Source: Candidatus Cloacimonadales bacterium (GTDB lineage Bacteria; Cloacimonadota; Cloacimonadia; Cloacimonadales; JAIOQZ01). Taken from it: a stretch of 64,000 bases of DNA. The notes beneath the pieces are model-generated. The model ran no database searches. It worked only from the letters and a program-made list of their open reading frames with translations, and was not told the DNA's origin. The first letter of the stretch is position 1. Each line of letters opens with the position of its first letter. The position numbers were made by a program, and so were the translations under genes. The DNA lies in contig OY762463.1 in NCBI GenBank assembly GCA_963665815.1, positions 1-64,000 of the forward strand. The letters are read 5' to 3'. Below, piece after piece: positions 28,351-38,669 of this stretch.

Positions 28351-28935
28351 ATGAAAAAAGTAATTACAATAACAATAATTATGATTTTGTCCATGGGATA
28401 TCTCAGTGCATTTGATGGTAAAAGAAAAGGTTTTATACTCGGATGGGGAATTGGTATGGGCAAGTTGGACATAACAGAGAAGTATGATAGACTGAAAACA
28501 GAGGGTAACAGACGGGACTTCAATTTTACAACAAATTCAAAAATTGGCTGGGGATTTAATGAAAATCTTGAAGTGTTTTATACAAGTAAGAATTACTGGG
28601 GAAGTCACAGGAATAATGATGGAAAGAAAGAAACTTTCGTAACATGTCTTTCATCCGTAGGTGCATCATATTATTTTAACAAAAATGCTGAAACTAATTG
28701 GAAACCATCTGTGTTTGTCAGTGGTGGTGCTGGAATTGCCGGTTGGCAGAATCCATTTGAAGAGGATGACGATACAGAAACTCTCTCCGGATTTGGAATG
28801 TTTGGAGGAGTCGGTTATGAGTTTGCTAAACATTTCAGTGTTGAAGCCAGTGTCTTAATGGGTAATCCTCATAAAGGTTCACATAAACTTGACTTTAAAG
28901 GTGTTGGTTTAACAATAAATGCACTGGCATTCTAA
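28351..28935 (+). CDS. Outer-membrane beta-barrel protein
   Basis: AGGAG RBS, signal peptide, GASYYF, GVGYEF, C-terminal Phe. Confidence 0.7.
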   Translation: MKKVITITIIMILSMGYLSAFDGKRKGFILGWGIGMGKLDITEKYDRLKTEGNRRDFNFTTNSKIGWGFNENLEVFYTSKNYWGSHRNNDGKKETFVTCLSSVGASYYFNKNAETNWKPSVFVSGGAGIAGWQNPFEEDDDTETLSGFGMFGGVGYEFAKHFSVEASVLMGNPHKGSHKLDFKGVGLTINALAF

Positions 28936-28990
28936 ATAAAAAAACTTGATAAATTTATTGGAAAATAAAGATATATAATAGAGGTACAAA

Positions 28991-29689
28991 ATGAGAAATA
29001 CAGTAATAATTATGATCATGATACTTTTGCTGGCAATTACACAGATTTGTTCAGAAGAAGTTTCAACAGAAGAACTGAGTAAAAAAATAGAAGAACTTGA
29101 AACAGAACTTGAGAAACTCAGAATCGAAGTTAGTGAAAACAATCCATTAAATAACGGAGAGACAAGAGACTGGGCTAAAGGGTGGTTCTTTCAGGGATTC
29201 ACAACAGGAGAAGATCATATGTCGGCAGATATAGGATACTCAGTTGTTCTGGAAAAATTTGTCCCATTCTGGCAAGAGGAATATCTTGAAGGACGATCCG
29301 GCTATAGACTGGCTTTTTCATTAGGTGCGGAAACAGCTAATGAGATATACATAGATGCTGATAAACAGGATATATATAAGAGTGAATGGCTTTCCGGAAA
29401 TGTGTCAGTACACTGGGGAACTCCCGTGATGCTTAACTTTATAAGTTTCAATGTCAGTACAAAATTCATGTTTATGTTCAGTACTGAGAATGACGATAAG
29501 AATATAAAAGGGAATGACTTTGGAGTCAGTGTCGGAACTGAAGGAGAAATCTGGTTATCAAATAAATCAGCGATAGTAGTAGGTTTCAGGAATGATACGG
29601 TTGATTTTGATGATGAAAAGAAAAGCGGTAGAAGGGATATAATTGAAGACAACTTTTACCCTACTTTTGGGTTTAGAAAATTTTTCTAA
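28991..29689 (+). CDS. Exported protein with coiled coil and probable beta-barrel
   Basis: Signal peptide, heptad segment, C-terminal FGFRKFF. Confidence 0.55.
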   Translation: MRNTVIIMIMILLLAITQICSEEVSTEELSKKIEELETELEKLRIEVSENNPLNNGETRDWAKGWFFQGFTTGEDHMSADIGYSVVLEKFVPFWQEEYLEGRSGYRLAFSLGAETANEIYIDADKQDIYKSEWLSGNVSVHWGTPVMLNFISFNVSTKFMFMFSTENDDKNIKGNDFGVSVGTEGEIWLSNKSAIVVGFRNDTVDFDDEKKSGRRDIIEDNFYPTFGFRKFF

Positions 29690-29692
29690 ATT

Positions 29693-30202
29693 ATGATATA
29701 CGATTACATTGTTAAGCTTATGAATGGGGGAATAGCATCTATACTGGTGCTGTCCCTTGTTTCATTGATTTATACGGAAGACAGGCTTGAAATCCAGCTC
29801 AGGCTGGAAAAACCGATTACCAGAGAAATAGTTAAGCTTGTTGATCAGGGATATGAATTCAAAGTTGAATTCTACTGCTCTTTCATTATTAATGATAAGA
29901 GAACATTGAGGAGAACAGGGAATGTTTCATTGAAAAAGAAGAATGATAGTTATTTTATCAACGGTGAGATAGTTGAGAAAGCTCAGCTGAATGAGAAATT
30001 CGGAGATGTTAAGCTTATTATCCAGGATGCTGGTTTCAAAGATCAGGATGAGCTGTTGTTTTTCTCCAAAGTGAGAATTCTGCCGGATGAAACATTTACT
30101 CAGTCAACAGGATTGAAAACAGGTATACTTTGGGATCATTATATACCCAAGTTGAAGCATAAATATATATTCAAAAACAAAAAACTCTATAAACAGAAGT
30201 AG
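29693..30202 (+). CDS. Hypothetical periplasmic protein, DUF4390-like
   Basis: N-terminal hydrophobic segment; LVDQGYEFKVEF pattern; lies upstream of an NtrY/NtrX-like pair. Confidence 0.4.
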   Translation: MIYDYIVKLMNGGIASILVLSLVSLIYTEDRLEIQLRLEKPITREIVKLVDQGYEFKVEFYCSFIINDKRTLRRTGNVSLKKKNDSYFINGEIVEKAQLNEKFGDVKLIIQDAGFKDQDELLFFSKVRILPDETFTQSTGLKTGILWDHYIPKLKHKYIFKNKKLYKQK

Positions 30203-30207
30203 TAAAT

Positions 30208-31263
30208 ATGAGAAGAGACAGTATTTCAATTCTAAGAAAAAGATTCGTTCTGTTCTTCATTGTCTTCGCAGTTATACTTACTGCATTGGTGACAGTCGTT
30301 TCTATTCAAACTCTGGAAAGTGCATTCGATCGCTTCAGGGAGGCTGAGAATAAAGAATTTGTGTCAGTTCTTGCTGATAGGCTTATTACAAAAACCATCG
30401 TAAGTTATGTATTTCTTGTGGTAATTATATCGGCTGTTATTATTCCGTTAAGTCTCATTCTGTTTAATATCATGTCTGAGGTATATTTAAAATACTTTGA
30501 GAAAATCACTAAGCTGATTCTCAATAAAGAGAAAAGTTTTTCAGGAAGGGAAGAGCCAGTACAGAAGCAACTGGAGCATTTACTTAATGTAGTCATTCAG
30601 GATCAGAAAAAGTTAAGAGAGTATGAAAAAATGAATTCATGGAAAGATGGCGTCAGAATGCTTCTCCATGAACTGAAAAACCCTTTAACTCCTCTGAAAC
30701 TAACTACTCAGGGATTGATGTTTGAAGAATCAAATGATTCAATCATGCCTGAGATTATCTCAATCAATGAGTCAGTTACTGATATTGAAAGAGTTATCAG
30801 GATATTCCAGCAGATTGTAAATATCAAATTTGATATTCCTGAAAAAATGGACATTGTCAATTTTCTGAAAACTTACATACAGCAGAATGAAATGCAGTAT
30901 GATTCGGATATGTTTGATCTGGATATCGACTCTGAAGTCATTTTGGTGACAGGTGAACAGATCCTGCTGAAGATGCTCTTTAACAACTTGATTAACAATG
31001 GACTTGAGGCGAATAAATCCGGATTCTCAGTTAAAGTAAAAGAGAAAGAGAAAGATGTGCAGATCAAGTTTGTAACTTTGGATGTACAGATTGAGTCAAC
31101 CGGAACAATATTTAAGCCGGGTGTATCAGGGAAAGGAGATGGAAGAGGCTACGGACTTTTCCTGTGTAAACTGATTTCCGAATACCTTAATCTGAACATA
31201 TCTGTCGAGAATACAGATAGTAATGTTGAATTCACAATTAACATGACAAAAATAAAGGAATAA
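30208..31263 (+). CDS. Sensor histidine kinase (NtrY-like H box)
   Basis: Two TM helices; SWKDGVRMLLHELKNPLTP; NLINNG; GRGYGL. Confidence 0.85.
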   Translation: MRRDSISILRKRFVLFFIVFAVILTALVTVVSIQTLESAFDRFREAENKEFVSVLADRLITKTIVSYVFLVVIISAVIIPLSLILFNIMSEVYLKYFEKITKLILNKEKSFSGREEPVQKQLEHLLNVVIQDQKKLREYEKMNSWKDGVRMLLHELKNPLTPLKLTTQGLMFEESNDSIMPEIISINESVTDIERVIRIFQQIVNIKFDIPEKMDIVNFLKTYIQQNEMQYDSDMFDLDIDSEVILVTGEQILLKMLFNNLINNGLEANKSGFSVKVKEKEKDVQIKFVTLDVQIESTGTIFKPGVSGKGDGRGYGLFLCKLISEYLNLNISVENTDSNVEFTINMTKIKE

Positions 31264-31265
31264 AT

Positions 31266-32600
31266 ATGGCGGTTATTTTTACTATTGATGATGATGAAAA
31301 AATACTGACAAGCCTTGACCGGCAGTTAAGCAGACAGGGATACAATGTTTCCTGCTTTAACAAACCGGAAGTTCTTTTTGATATCCTTAAATTACAGCAA
31401 CCGGACTTGATTATCTCTGATATAATATTTAAAAACAGTGAGTTATCCGGAGTAAATATTCTTGAGCATTTAACAGAACATTATCCGGATATTGGATGCA
31501 TTGTCATTTCAGGGGAATCAGATATTGAGAAAACACTGAAATGTATGAAGCTGGGGGCTCTTGATTTTATTGAGAAGCCGGTATCTATACCGCGTCTTGT
31601 TACTTCTGTCAAGAATGCCATTGCTTTAACGAGAATGAAACAGTCATTAAAGGATAGCAGATCTCTTATTGGTACGAGCTCTAAAATCGTTGAGCTTCGA
31701 AACAGATTAATAAAATTGGCTAAGCTTTCTGAACCGGTTTTAATTATTGGTGAGAGTGGTACCGGAAAAGAGCTTGTTGCCGAGAATCTTCATGCATATT
31801 CGGGCAGGTATTCAGAGAAGTATCTGAAAGTAAATTGCACGGCACTCAATACTAACCTGGTTGAATCAGAACTGTTCGGACACAAAAAAGGAGCATATAC
31901 AGGGGCAATTACGGATAAAAAAGGTTACTTTGAGATTGCTGACAAAGGAACTCTTTTTGTTGATGAAATTGGTGATTTTAATCCTGATCTTCAGGCAAAG
32001 CTTTTAAGAGTAATTCAGGAGAAAATTATAACTCGAGTTGGTGAAACAGAGGAACGGAAGATAAACACAAGGTTGGTTTTTGCAACGCATCAGAATCTTG
32101 AGACCTTGATTGAAGAAGGTAAATTCAGAAATGATCTGTTTTTCAGGATAGCTACATTTAAAATCCAAGTTCCATCGCTAAGGGAAAGACTGGAAGATAT
32201 CCCATTGTTAGCAGATCATTTTCTCAAATTGTTCATAGCAGAAAATAATCTCAATTACATGGAATTTTCAGGTGAAGCAATTGAAAAACTTCAGAATTAT
32301 ACATATCCGGGAAATATCAGAGAGCTGATCAGTATTGTGAAAAATGCTGCATGTTTCTGTAGTGGAGATGTTATAAAGCGTGAGGATATTGAATTTCAGA
32401 ATATTACCGATAGTGATTTCTGGGGGAGAGTACAGGATAAGACTCTGAAAGAAAGCAAAATATTGATGGAGACTGAGTTGATAAAAAAACGGTTGAAATT
32501 ATACAAAAACAGTGTAAATCATGCTGCAGAGAGTCTTGGAATACTTCCTAATAACCTTTACAGGAAGATGAAGGAACTGAATATTCAGAACATAAAATAG
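31266..32600 (+). CDS. Sigma-54-dependent response regulator (NtrC/NtrX family)
   Basis: Receiver domain, GESGTGKE, GAYTGA, YPGNIREL, C-terminal HTH. Confidence 0.93.
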   Translation: MAVIFTIDDDEKILTSLDRQLSRQGYNVSCFNKPEVLFDILKLQQPDLIISDIIFKNSELSGVNILEHLTEHYPDIGCIVISGESDIEKTLKCMKLGALDFIEKPVSIPRLVTSVKNAIALTRMKQSLKDSRSLIGTSSKIVELRNRLIKLAKLSEPVLIIGESGTGKELVAENLHAYSGRYSEKYLKVNCTALNTNLVESELFGHKKGAYTGAITDKKGYFEIADKGTLFVDEIGDFNPDLQAKLLRVIQEKIITRVGETEERKINTRLVFATHQNLETLIEEGKFRNDLFFRIATFKIQVPSLRERLEDIPLLADHFLKLFIAENNLNYMEFSGEAIEKLQNYTYPGNIRELISIVKNAACFCSGDVIKREDIEFQNITDSDFWGRVQDKTLKESKILMETELIKKRLKLYKNSVNHAAESLGILPNNLYRKMKELNIQNIK

Positions 32601-32701
32601 TAATTATATTTTCCTTTTATGTTTATTTTAAGAGATAAATTTATTGACTTTTTTACAATGAATTAACTATTTCGAGAAAAAATATACGGGAAGGTGATTA
32701 T

Positions 32702-34513
32702 ATGTCGCGACTAAAAACAATTATTCTGATTGTTTTACTACTATTCATTCTGGAATCAGTGTTTTGCTCTGATGTAACTAAAAACATATACAGAGACTAT
32801 ACTTTTACGAGTGAAGGAGATGATGTAAAAGTTGAAATATCAAGGAAACGTCAATTCATTTACAATTCGGAAAAGAGTCTGAAATACAACACATATTATA
32901 ATTCGATTCATAATTCTGCAAAAAATGTAAAGGTTATTACTAAATACAATGAAAAAGAAGATCGTCATGTGAAGCACTCATGGAGAACTAATCAGAGTTC
33001 AAGTATTTTTGCCAGCGACTCGAAAGTTCACAGATTCAGCATTCAGAAGAAAATTCAGGTAGGAGATCAATTTGAATATGAATTGAAGTTTAGTTATGAT
33101 TCGCTGAAAGAAATTGACATTATTCCTGTTGAAAATCATGAAGATATAGACAAACAGATAATTACGGTTTATCACGCATCAGATATCAGACTTGAATATG
33201 ATGTACTGCTATATGATAACACAATAAAGCTTAATGAGGAGACCGGGGATGGTTTTACACGTATATCTGTAGAGCCCGGAGAAAATCTTAAACCTCTGGA
33301 TTATTATCCGTTAAATGGAATAGGTGGATATGTAGCGCTGAGAATTTATAAAGGTGATAAAGCCTATTCTATAGATTCTAAAGAAGCCCTGATAGACTAT
33401 TACAATCAAAATTTTTCCCTTACACCAGAAGTGTTAGGTGATACACTGAATCTTCCTGAAATTAATGACAATGATGATTATTACACCAAGGCAAGGAAGA
33501 TACATGAATTTGTGAGAGATGAAATCAGATATGTGGCTATTCTCAATAACAACCACTCCTTGTTCCCTCACAAACCTTCTGAAGTGCTTAAACTGGGTTA
33601 CGGAGACTGTAAGGATATGGCATTTTTGGTACATGCTCTGTCTGCAAAGTATGGAGTAAAGGCTTATCCTGCGTTGCTGGCAATGGATGTTGCTCCGGAA
33701 TTTGAGTATCCTCATCTGAACAGTTTTGATCATGTGATTGCCGCATATGAAATTGATGGAGAGATAGTGTTTTCCGATCCGACTGCTATAAATTTTGATT
33801 TTGGTCAAGTTCCTGAAATTGAGAGAAATAAACGGGCATTTATTTTGGATAAGGATAATCCTGCCTTTGTTGTAATCAAGGGTAATAAGACGAAACCGGA
33901 TGCGAAGGTGACAATTGATCTTGATTTTGAAAACTTGAAACATTGTAATGTGAAGGTTGAACTCAACAATTCATTTCATAATGTGATTGAGAAGGAAAGC
34001 AAGTTCATGAAGAATATTGATATTGAGAACGCTGTATCTAACTCAATAACATCAATGCTGAGAAATGTAGCCGTAGACTATTTCGATATTCAAAGTAATA
34101 CCGATGAGAAAATGATTTTAACTGCTGAGGCAGACCTAAGCAAGTTTGTTATAGAATCAAAAAGAAATTACTACTTCCCTAAAATGCCTTTCCTGTTCAT
34201 TCAGAATGATATTCTTGAACGAGATGACAGTTTGATGATTGAACTCAGTACAATTTATGATATTGATCTCAAAGTAAACATCCCTGTGAAAAGCAGGATT
34301 GCAGGAGACAATTTTGTTGTTAACAATAATAGTATAGTCAAGCTTGAATCAAATGTTGAATATGTCAAGAACTCCGGTAATTGTATTAATTACTCTATCA
34401 GTCAACATGACAATATCATTGATGGTTCAGAAAAGACAGCTTTTTTAACTGATATGAAGAAATTGCTCAACAGCAAGAAACTGATGTATATACTTTCAAA
34501 GGAGAAGTTATAA
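32702..34513 (+). CDS. DUF3857/transglutaminase-like exported protein
   Basis: IRYVA, GYGDCKD, FDHVI, FSDPT (Cys-His-Asp). Confidence 0.82.
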   Translation: MSRLKTIILIVLLLFILESVFCSDVTKNIYRDYTFTSEGDDVKVEISRKRQFIYNSEKSLKYNTYYNSIHNSAKNVKVITKYNEKEDRHVKHSWRTNQSSSIFASDSKVHRFSIQKKIQVGDQFEYELKFSYDSLKEIDIIPVENHEDIDKQIITVYHASDIRLEYDVLLYDNTIKLNEETGDGFTRISVEPGENLKPLDYYPLNGIGGYVALRIYKGDKAYSIDSKEALIDYYNQNFSLTPEVLGDTLNLPEINDNDDYYTKARKIHEFVRDEIRYVAILNNNHSLFPHKPSEVLKLGYGDCKDMAFLVHALSAKYGVKAYPALLAMDVAPEFEYPHLNSFDHVIAAYEIDGEIVFSDPTAINFDFGQVPEIERNKRAFILDKDNPAFVVIKGNKTKPDAKVTIDLDFENLKHCNVKVELNNSFHNVIEKESKFMKNIDIENAVSNSITSMLRNVAVDYFDIQSNTDEKMILTAEADLSKFVIESKRNYYFPKMPFLFIQNDILERDDSLMIELSTIYDIDLKVNIPVKSRIAGDNFVVNNNSIVKLESNVEYVKNSGNCINYSISQHDNIIDGSEKTAFLTDMKKLLNSKKLMYILSKEKL

Positions 34514-36558
34514 TGAAAAAGATATATTTATTGTTAGCTATCGCATACATGTTTCTTTCCGGATGTGTGGTCTCAAAGCAATTGTATTACATGACTGATG
34601 AAGTTAAAAACGAGCAGACCAGAATTTCTGATGAAGAGCTTGCCGAAATATACGAGACATACAGAGATCAGCCTGCATATTATCTGAAGTATTTAAAATC
34701 AGTAGAATATCACGGGCAAAATGGTTTTGGTGCATACTGGAACAAAACAATTATACGCAGAAGAAAATATATCATCATTGATCCTGAATCTGATGCGTAT
34801 ACTTCCATTACAATGCCCTCCAGCTCAATTGAAGACTCCATGATCGTTAAACTTACTTATCCTGACGGAACAAATGACATTTATACGACAAGTGACTTTT
34901 TTCGTGAGGAAAGTTCTTTTTCCATAGATACATATAAGCTGGCTTTTCCTCGTGTTGTACGAGGTACGATTGTAGACTTTTACTCCAGAAATACATATGC
35001 CATCTATTATCCGGATGTTGAACAGGAATATGCTCTGAACCTTTATGTGCCATGCAGGGATTATACTTTTCAGTTTGCAATACCTGACTGGTGGAGCTTT
35101 GATGTAAAGAAAATGGGGGATTCCCGTTATCTTAACTTCAGGAAAGAATCTTTCTACTCAGAAAAGAAAACTGTATATGAATATCACAAAATGGATGTTG
35201 AGGTTCTCGCTGATGAGATTTATTCACCCATGGAACACGAGATTTCCGATTACTTTTCCATAATGTTTACAAGATTTATCTGTGGACCTTATCAATACAA
35301 CAATGCCAGAAGCTGGGCAAGTATTGCTCATTCTATTCGTTCTAAATGTATAAATAATGACAGCTGGTTTTCTCGTCGTGTGAGTAAGACAACCGATTCC
35401 CTAATGACAGATAGTATGACTGATAAGGAAAAGATTGAAGCTATAAATGATTTTATTCATGAGAATATTGAAGTTACAACAAAGTTTGATGACAAAAATT
35501 TCTCAGAAATACTAAAAACACGAGAAGGTGATTACTTCAGTGTTACTGGATTAATGTTTACTATGCTGCAGGAAGCTGATTTAGATCCAAAGTATGTTCT
35601 GGTGCACTCCAATGAATTGGGGTATCTGGACTATAAGCTTCCTTCAATTTCTCAGACTCCATTTCCTGCTGTTGTTGTGCAGAAGAAAAAACAAACTTAC
35701 GTTCTGTTTCCATGGTTAAAGTATCTCGCAGTGGATGAAATTCCGGAGATGTTCCGAAATGAAGCTGCTATTGTAGTCCCTGCTTATGCTAACAGATCAA
35801 TTGATCCAATGTATTCAGAGCTTAAACGCAACAAGAACTATCTGGATCTGGATATCTTATTTGAAAAGGGAGATGTCTATTTTGTAAAGCTCCCTGAAGG
35901 ACGGATTGATAAAGATTATTCTATGGAAAACTATAATATTACTATCAATGATGATGGCACGATGAACGTTGAAGAAGAGAAAATCATTAAAGGTAGAATG
36001 GCTTATGCTCTCAGAAATATGCTTGAAGAGATTGAAGATGAGAAGTTGAACAAGGAATTGAACAAATTAGTAACATATTATGACGGTGCAGTTGAAACAG
36101 AATCCGTTGAGATGCTAAATAAAGATGAATACAAAAAACCACTTGTAATAAAGCTCAAATATAAAGTGAGTAATCTTGTTTCTGTTTTCGAGGATGAAAT
36201 ACTGTTCCAGACAAGTGGACTCTTATCATCTACATCACTAACAAAATACAAGATTGAAAGTGAGAAAAGAAAGAATCCTATTGAAATTGATTATGATGCA
36301 GGTTTCAGAAAAAATATTGTAATCACATATCCTGAAACATGGACTATTGAAACTGAACTGAAGAATATTGATTATTCAAACAAATTTGGTCAGGTTATCG
36401 CCCTTTACAAACAAAACGGTAATACACTTGAGATTGATCAGGATGTTGTTCTTAAGAAAAGCAGTGAACCTAAAGAAGAGTTTAAAGAGCTCCTCAATGT
36501 GATGGGTAAACAATCAAAACTACAGATTCCAACGATTATTTTCCGAAATAATTCATAA
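34513..36558 (+). CDS. DUF3857/transglutaminase-like lipoprotein, catalytic Cys absent
   Basis: Lipobox LSGC; FPRVVRGTIVD; GDYFS in place of GDCKD; RKNPIEI C-terminal domain. Confidence 0.75.
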   Translation: MKKIYLLLAIAYMFLSGCVVSKQLYYMTDEVKNEQTRISDEELAEIYETYRDQPAYYLKYLKSVEYHGQNGFGAYWNKTIIRRRKYIIIDPESDAYTSITMPSSSIEDSMIVKLTYPDGTNDIYTTSDFFREESSFSIDTYKLAFPRVVRGTIVDFYSRNTYAIYYPDVEQEYALNLYVPCRDYTFQFAIPDWWSFDVKKMGDSRYLNFRKESFYSEKKTVYEYHKMDVEVLADEIYSPMEHEISDYFSIMFTRFICGPYQYNNARSWASIAHSIRSKCINNDSWFSRRVSKTTDSLMTDSMTDKEKIEAINDFIHENIEVTTKFDDKNFSEILKTREGDYFSVTGLMFTMLQEADLDPKYVLVHSNELGYLDYKLPSISQTPFPAVVVQKKKQTYVLFPWLKYLAVDEIPEMFRNEAAIVVPAYANRSIDPMYSELKRNKNYLDLDILFEKGDVYFVKLPEGRIDKDYSMENYNITINDDGTMNVEEEKIIKGRMAYALRNMLEEIEDEKLNKELNKLVTYYDGAVETESVEMLNKDEYKKPLVIKLKYKVSNLVSVFEDEILFQTSGLLSSTSLTKYKIESEKRKNPIEIDYDAGFRKNIVITYPETWTIETELKNIDYSNKFGQVIALYKQNGNTLEIDQDVVLKKSSEPKEEFKELLNVMGKQSKLQIPTIIFRNNS

Positions 36559-36571
36559 ATGATATTGAGAT

Positions 36572-36597
36572 AACAGCAGGTGAAAGCCTGCTGTTTT
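36572..36597 (+). terminator. Intrinsic terminator
   Basis: AACAGCAGGT-GAAA-GCCTGCTGTT plus TT. Confidence 0.75.
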
Positions 36598-36788
36598 ATA
36601 TTTTCGGAATACAGTTGTTTCCCTTTCCCGACTTTATCGGGACTCATGGAGCTTTTATATCATAGCATATCAATTAGTTAAGTTGGTTGAGCGGAGTCGA
36701 AGGGTCAAAAAAAAACCTTTGATAGCATCAAGTCAATGCACTCCAAAATAGCCCTTAGAGCCTGTTATGACCACCGTTGCGAACTTCA

Positions 36789-36887
36789 CTGGATGTGTTC
36801 TTTCAGAAACATCTACGTCAATTCTGGATGTATTTCTTCGAAAACATCTACGTCAATTCTGGATGTATTTCTTCGAAAACATCTACG
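36789..36887. repeat. 35-bp tandem hairpin repeat (~2.8 copies), REP-like
   Basis: CTGGATGTRTTYYTTCRRAAACATCTACGTCAATT units at 36789, 36824, 36859. Confidence 0.9.
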
Positions 36888-36921
36888 GGTCAGTGATCAT
36901 TTGCAAGGGTACTATATCAAC

Positions 36922-36961
36922 AAAAACAGCCCACTGATTTCTCTGCAGGCTGTTTTTTTTT
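36922..36961. terminator. Bidirectional terminator-like hairpin between convergent genes
   Basis: AAAAACAGCC..GGCTGTTTTTTTTT. Confidence 0.65.
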
Positions 36962-36994
36962 AAAAGAGAAGTATTAAAGCTTGAGTTTATTGTT

Positions 36995-38137
36995 CTATAA
37001 CTTCTTGATAAATCCCATGAATCCTTTCTGCTTGTGAGAGGATGCCCCAAAATAGTCATAATGGACACAACCATAGATATACAGTTCATCATCAATTGTC
37101 TTAAGATATGCGTACATGACAGGATTGTGGGGTCCCATTTCGCTTACTAACTCAAGATTACCGGATTTATATCTGTATGTTCTCAAAATAGATGTGTTTT
37201 CTGAGACCTTTTTATTTTCGTTAGTAAGGATCAGAGCTTCACCATTATGTAAATCAATATCCTCTATCCTGCCGGTAACAGGGATTTCTTTCAAATCTTT
37301 GTTTTCATACACGAGTAGTTTGTATGCCCAGTCAGAATCAACTGATACTTTTTTATACTTGTAACTCATGAAAGCCTGCTTATCATTAATGCATATTTCA
37401 GTCAGTTTCCCATCTCCCAAAGTGAAATTAATTTCAGCAAACACTTCCGAGATTTCTTTATCAAAGTATATTTCCCCAATTGAGAAATGATCTTCCTGGG
37501 CAGAATAAGAATATACCCCATTGTCATCGTAGAAAATGTTTGAAATCGGCATCTCAGGAACATGTGTATGCGAACTCAAGCTTTCGGACAGAACTTCCGT
37601 GATGTATAACTTGCCATCAAAATTTTCGGAGAAATAAGTTTTACTGCCAACATTAAACAATTTCTTAACAGAAGGTCTGTTGCTGCATTTAATTTCAAAC
37701 CTGTTCAGAATATTCCCAGTCATGTCTAATCTGTAAAACTCATCATATACTGTATTAGTGGCTTGATCTTTGTATATTGTAAGAAGAGTGAAAACTGAAT
37801 CTAACAGAACTGAACTTCTCAACATGCAACCATTTTCAAGGGGAATAGATTTCACCGTCTTTTCCATGGTTTTATTGTTGATCTTAAGTATTCTGAATTC
37901 AGATGAGAAAAAACCACCAGCAGAGGGTTTAACTCCTCCTGCAACAGCTATAAGTGAATCCGGATGGAATTGATACAAACTACTGAGGTTGGATCTTCCT
38001 CCATATTCATCATCAAGAATAAGGTTTTCTTCTCCTGTAATAGGACGCCAGTCCCTTTGAGTGCAGGAGGTGATAAATGGAATGATTACTAACGTAAATA
38101 TAAACAAGCTAAGATAAAATGATCTTTTTAGAACCAT
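36995..38137 (-). CDS. Hypothetical lipoprotein, beta-rich (propeller-like)
   Basis: GAAGGGGG RBS before ATG 38137; lipobox ITSC. Confidence 0.65.
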   Translation of the reverse strand: MVLKRSFYLSLFIFTLVIIPFITSCTQRDWRPITGEENLILDDEYGGRSNLSSLYQFHPDSLIAVAGGVKPSAGGFFSSEFRILKINNKTMEKTVKSIPLENGCMLRSSVLLDSVFTLLTIYKDQATNTVYDEFYRLDMTGNILNRFEIKCSNRPSVKKLFNVGSKTYFSENFDGKLYITEVLSESLSSHTHVPEMPISNIFYDDNGVYSYSAQEDHFSIGEIYFDKEISEVFAEINFTLGDGKLTEICINDKQAFMSYKYKKVSVDSDWAYKLLVYENKDLKEIPVTGRIEDIDLHNGEALILTNENKKVSENTSILRTYRYKSGNLELVSEMGPHNPVMYAYLKTIDDELYIYGCVHYDYFGASSHKQKGFMGFIKKL

Positions 38138-38195
38138 GAGTCCCCCTTCATGGATATTTGCTACAAACTTATACTGCATTCCAAACCCAGTCAAC

Positions 38196-38227
38196 AAAAA
38201 AAGCCTGTCGGTTTCCCGACAGGCTTT
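38196..38227 (-). terminator. Terminator of the hsp20 operon
   Basis: GCCTGTCGG/CCGACAGGC stem plus T7 on the minus strand. Confidence 0.88.
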
Positions 38228-38243
38228 CGTCTCACTATGGTTT

Positions 38244-38660
38244 TTATGATTCGATAAGAATTTTCTTATCAGGTTTTGGTTCTATCTTCTGGATTGTGAG
38301 TTCCAGGACTCCGTCGTTCAGTTTAGCTTTGATACTATCCACATCGCAGTTGTCAGGCAGTTTTATGATTCTCTGGTAGCAACCCTGGAATCTTTCTCTG
38401 TGGTGAATAACTTCGTTCTCCTTGTTCTCTTCTTTTTCAATGCAGCTTTCTATCATCAGTTCGTTGTGCTTAACGGATACTTTCAGGTTATCTTTCGGGA
38501 CACCCGGCATATCTGCAATAAGTTGATAGTGCTTATCGAATTCAAGGACATCGATCGGCATTAATCTGCTGTCATCAGTGATGTTGTCATTAAAGAAGCT
38601 ATTGAGAAAATCATCGAATAATGACAGATCTGAGTGGCGTCTGGGTTTGATCATTTTCAT
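38244..38660 (-). CDS. Hsp20/alpha-crystallin small heat-shock protein
   Basis: ADMPGV, RERFQG.YQR.IKLP, AKLNDGVLELTI. Confidence 0.93.
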   Translation of the reverse strand: MKMIKPRRHSDLSLFDDFLNSFFNDNITDDSRLMPIDVLEFDKHYQLIADMPGVPKDNLKVSVKHNELMIESCIEKEENKENEVIHHRERFQGCYQRIIKLPDNCDVDSIKAKLNDGVLELTIQKIEPKPDKKILIES

Positions 38661-38669
38661 GGTAACCTC

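Noticed and set aside
36789-36887. CRISPR array
   Set aside because: Units are head-to-tail with the same 6-nt linker, there are no unique spacers, and no cas genes are in the window
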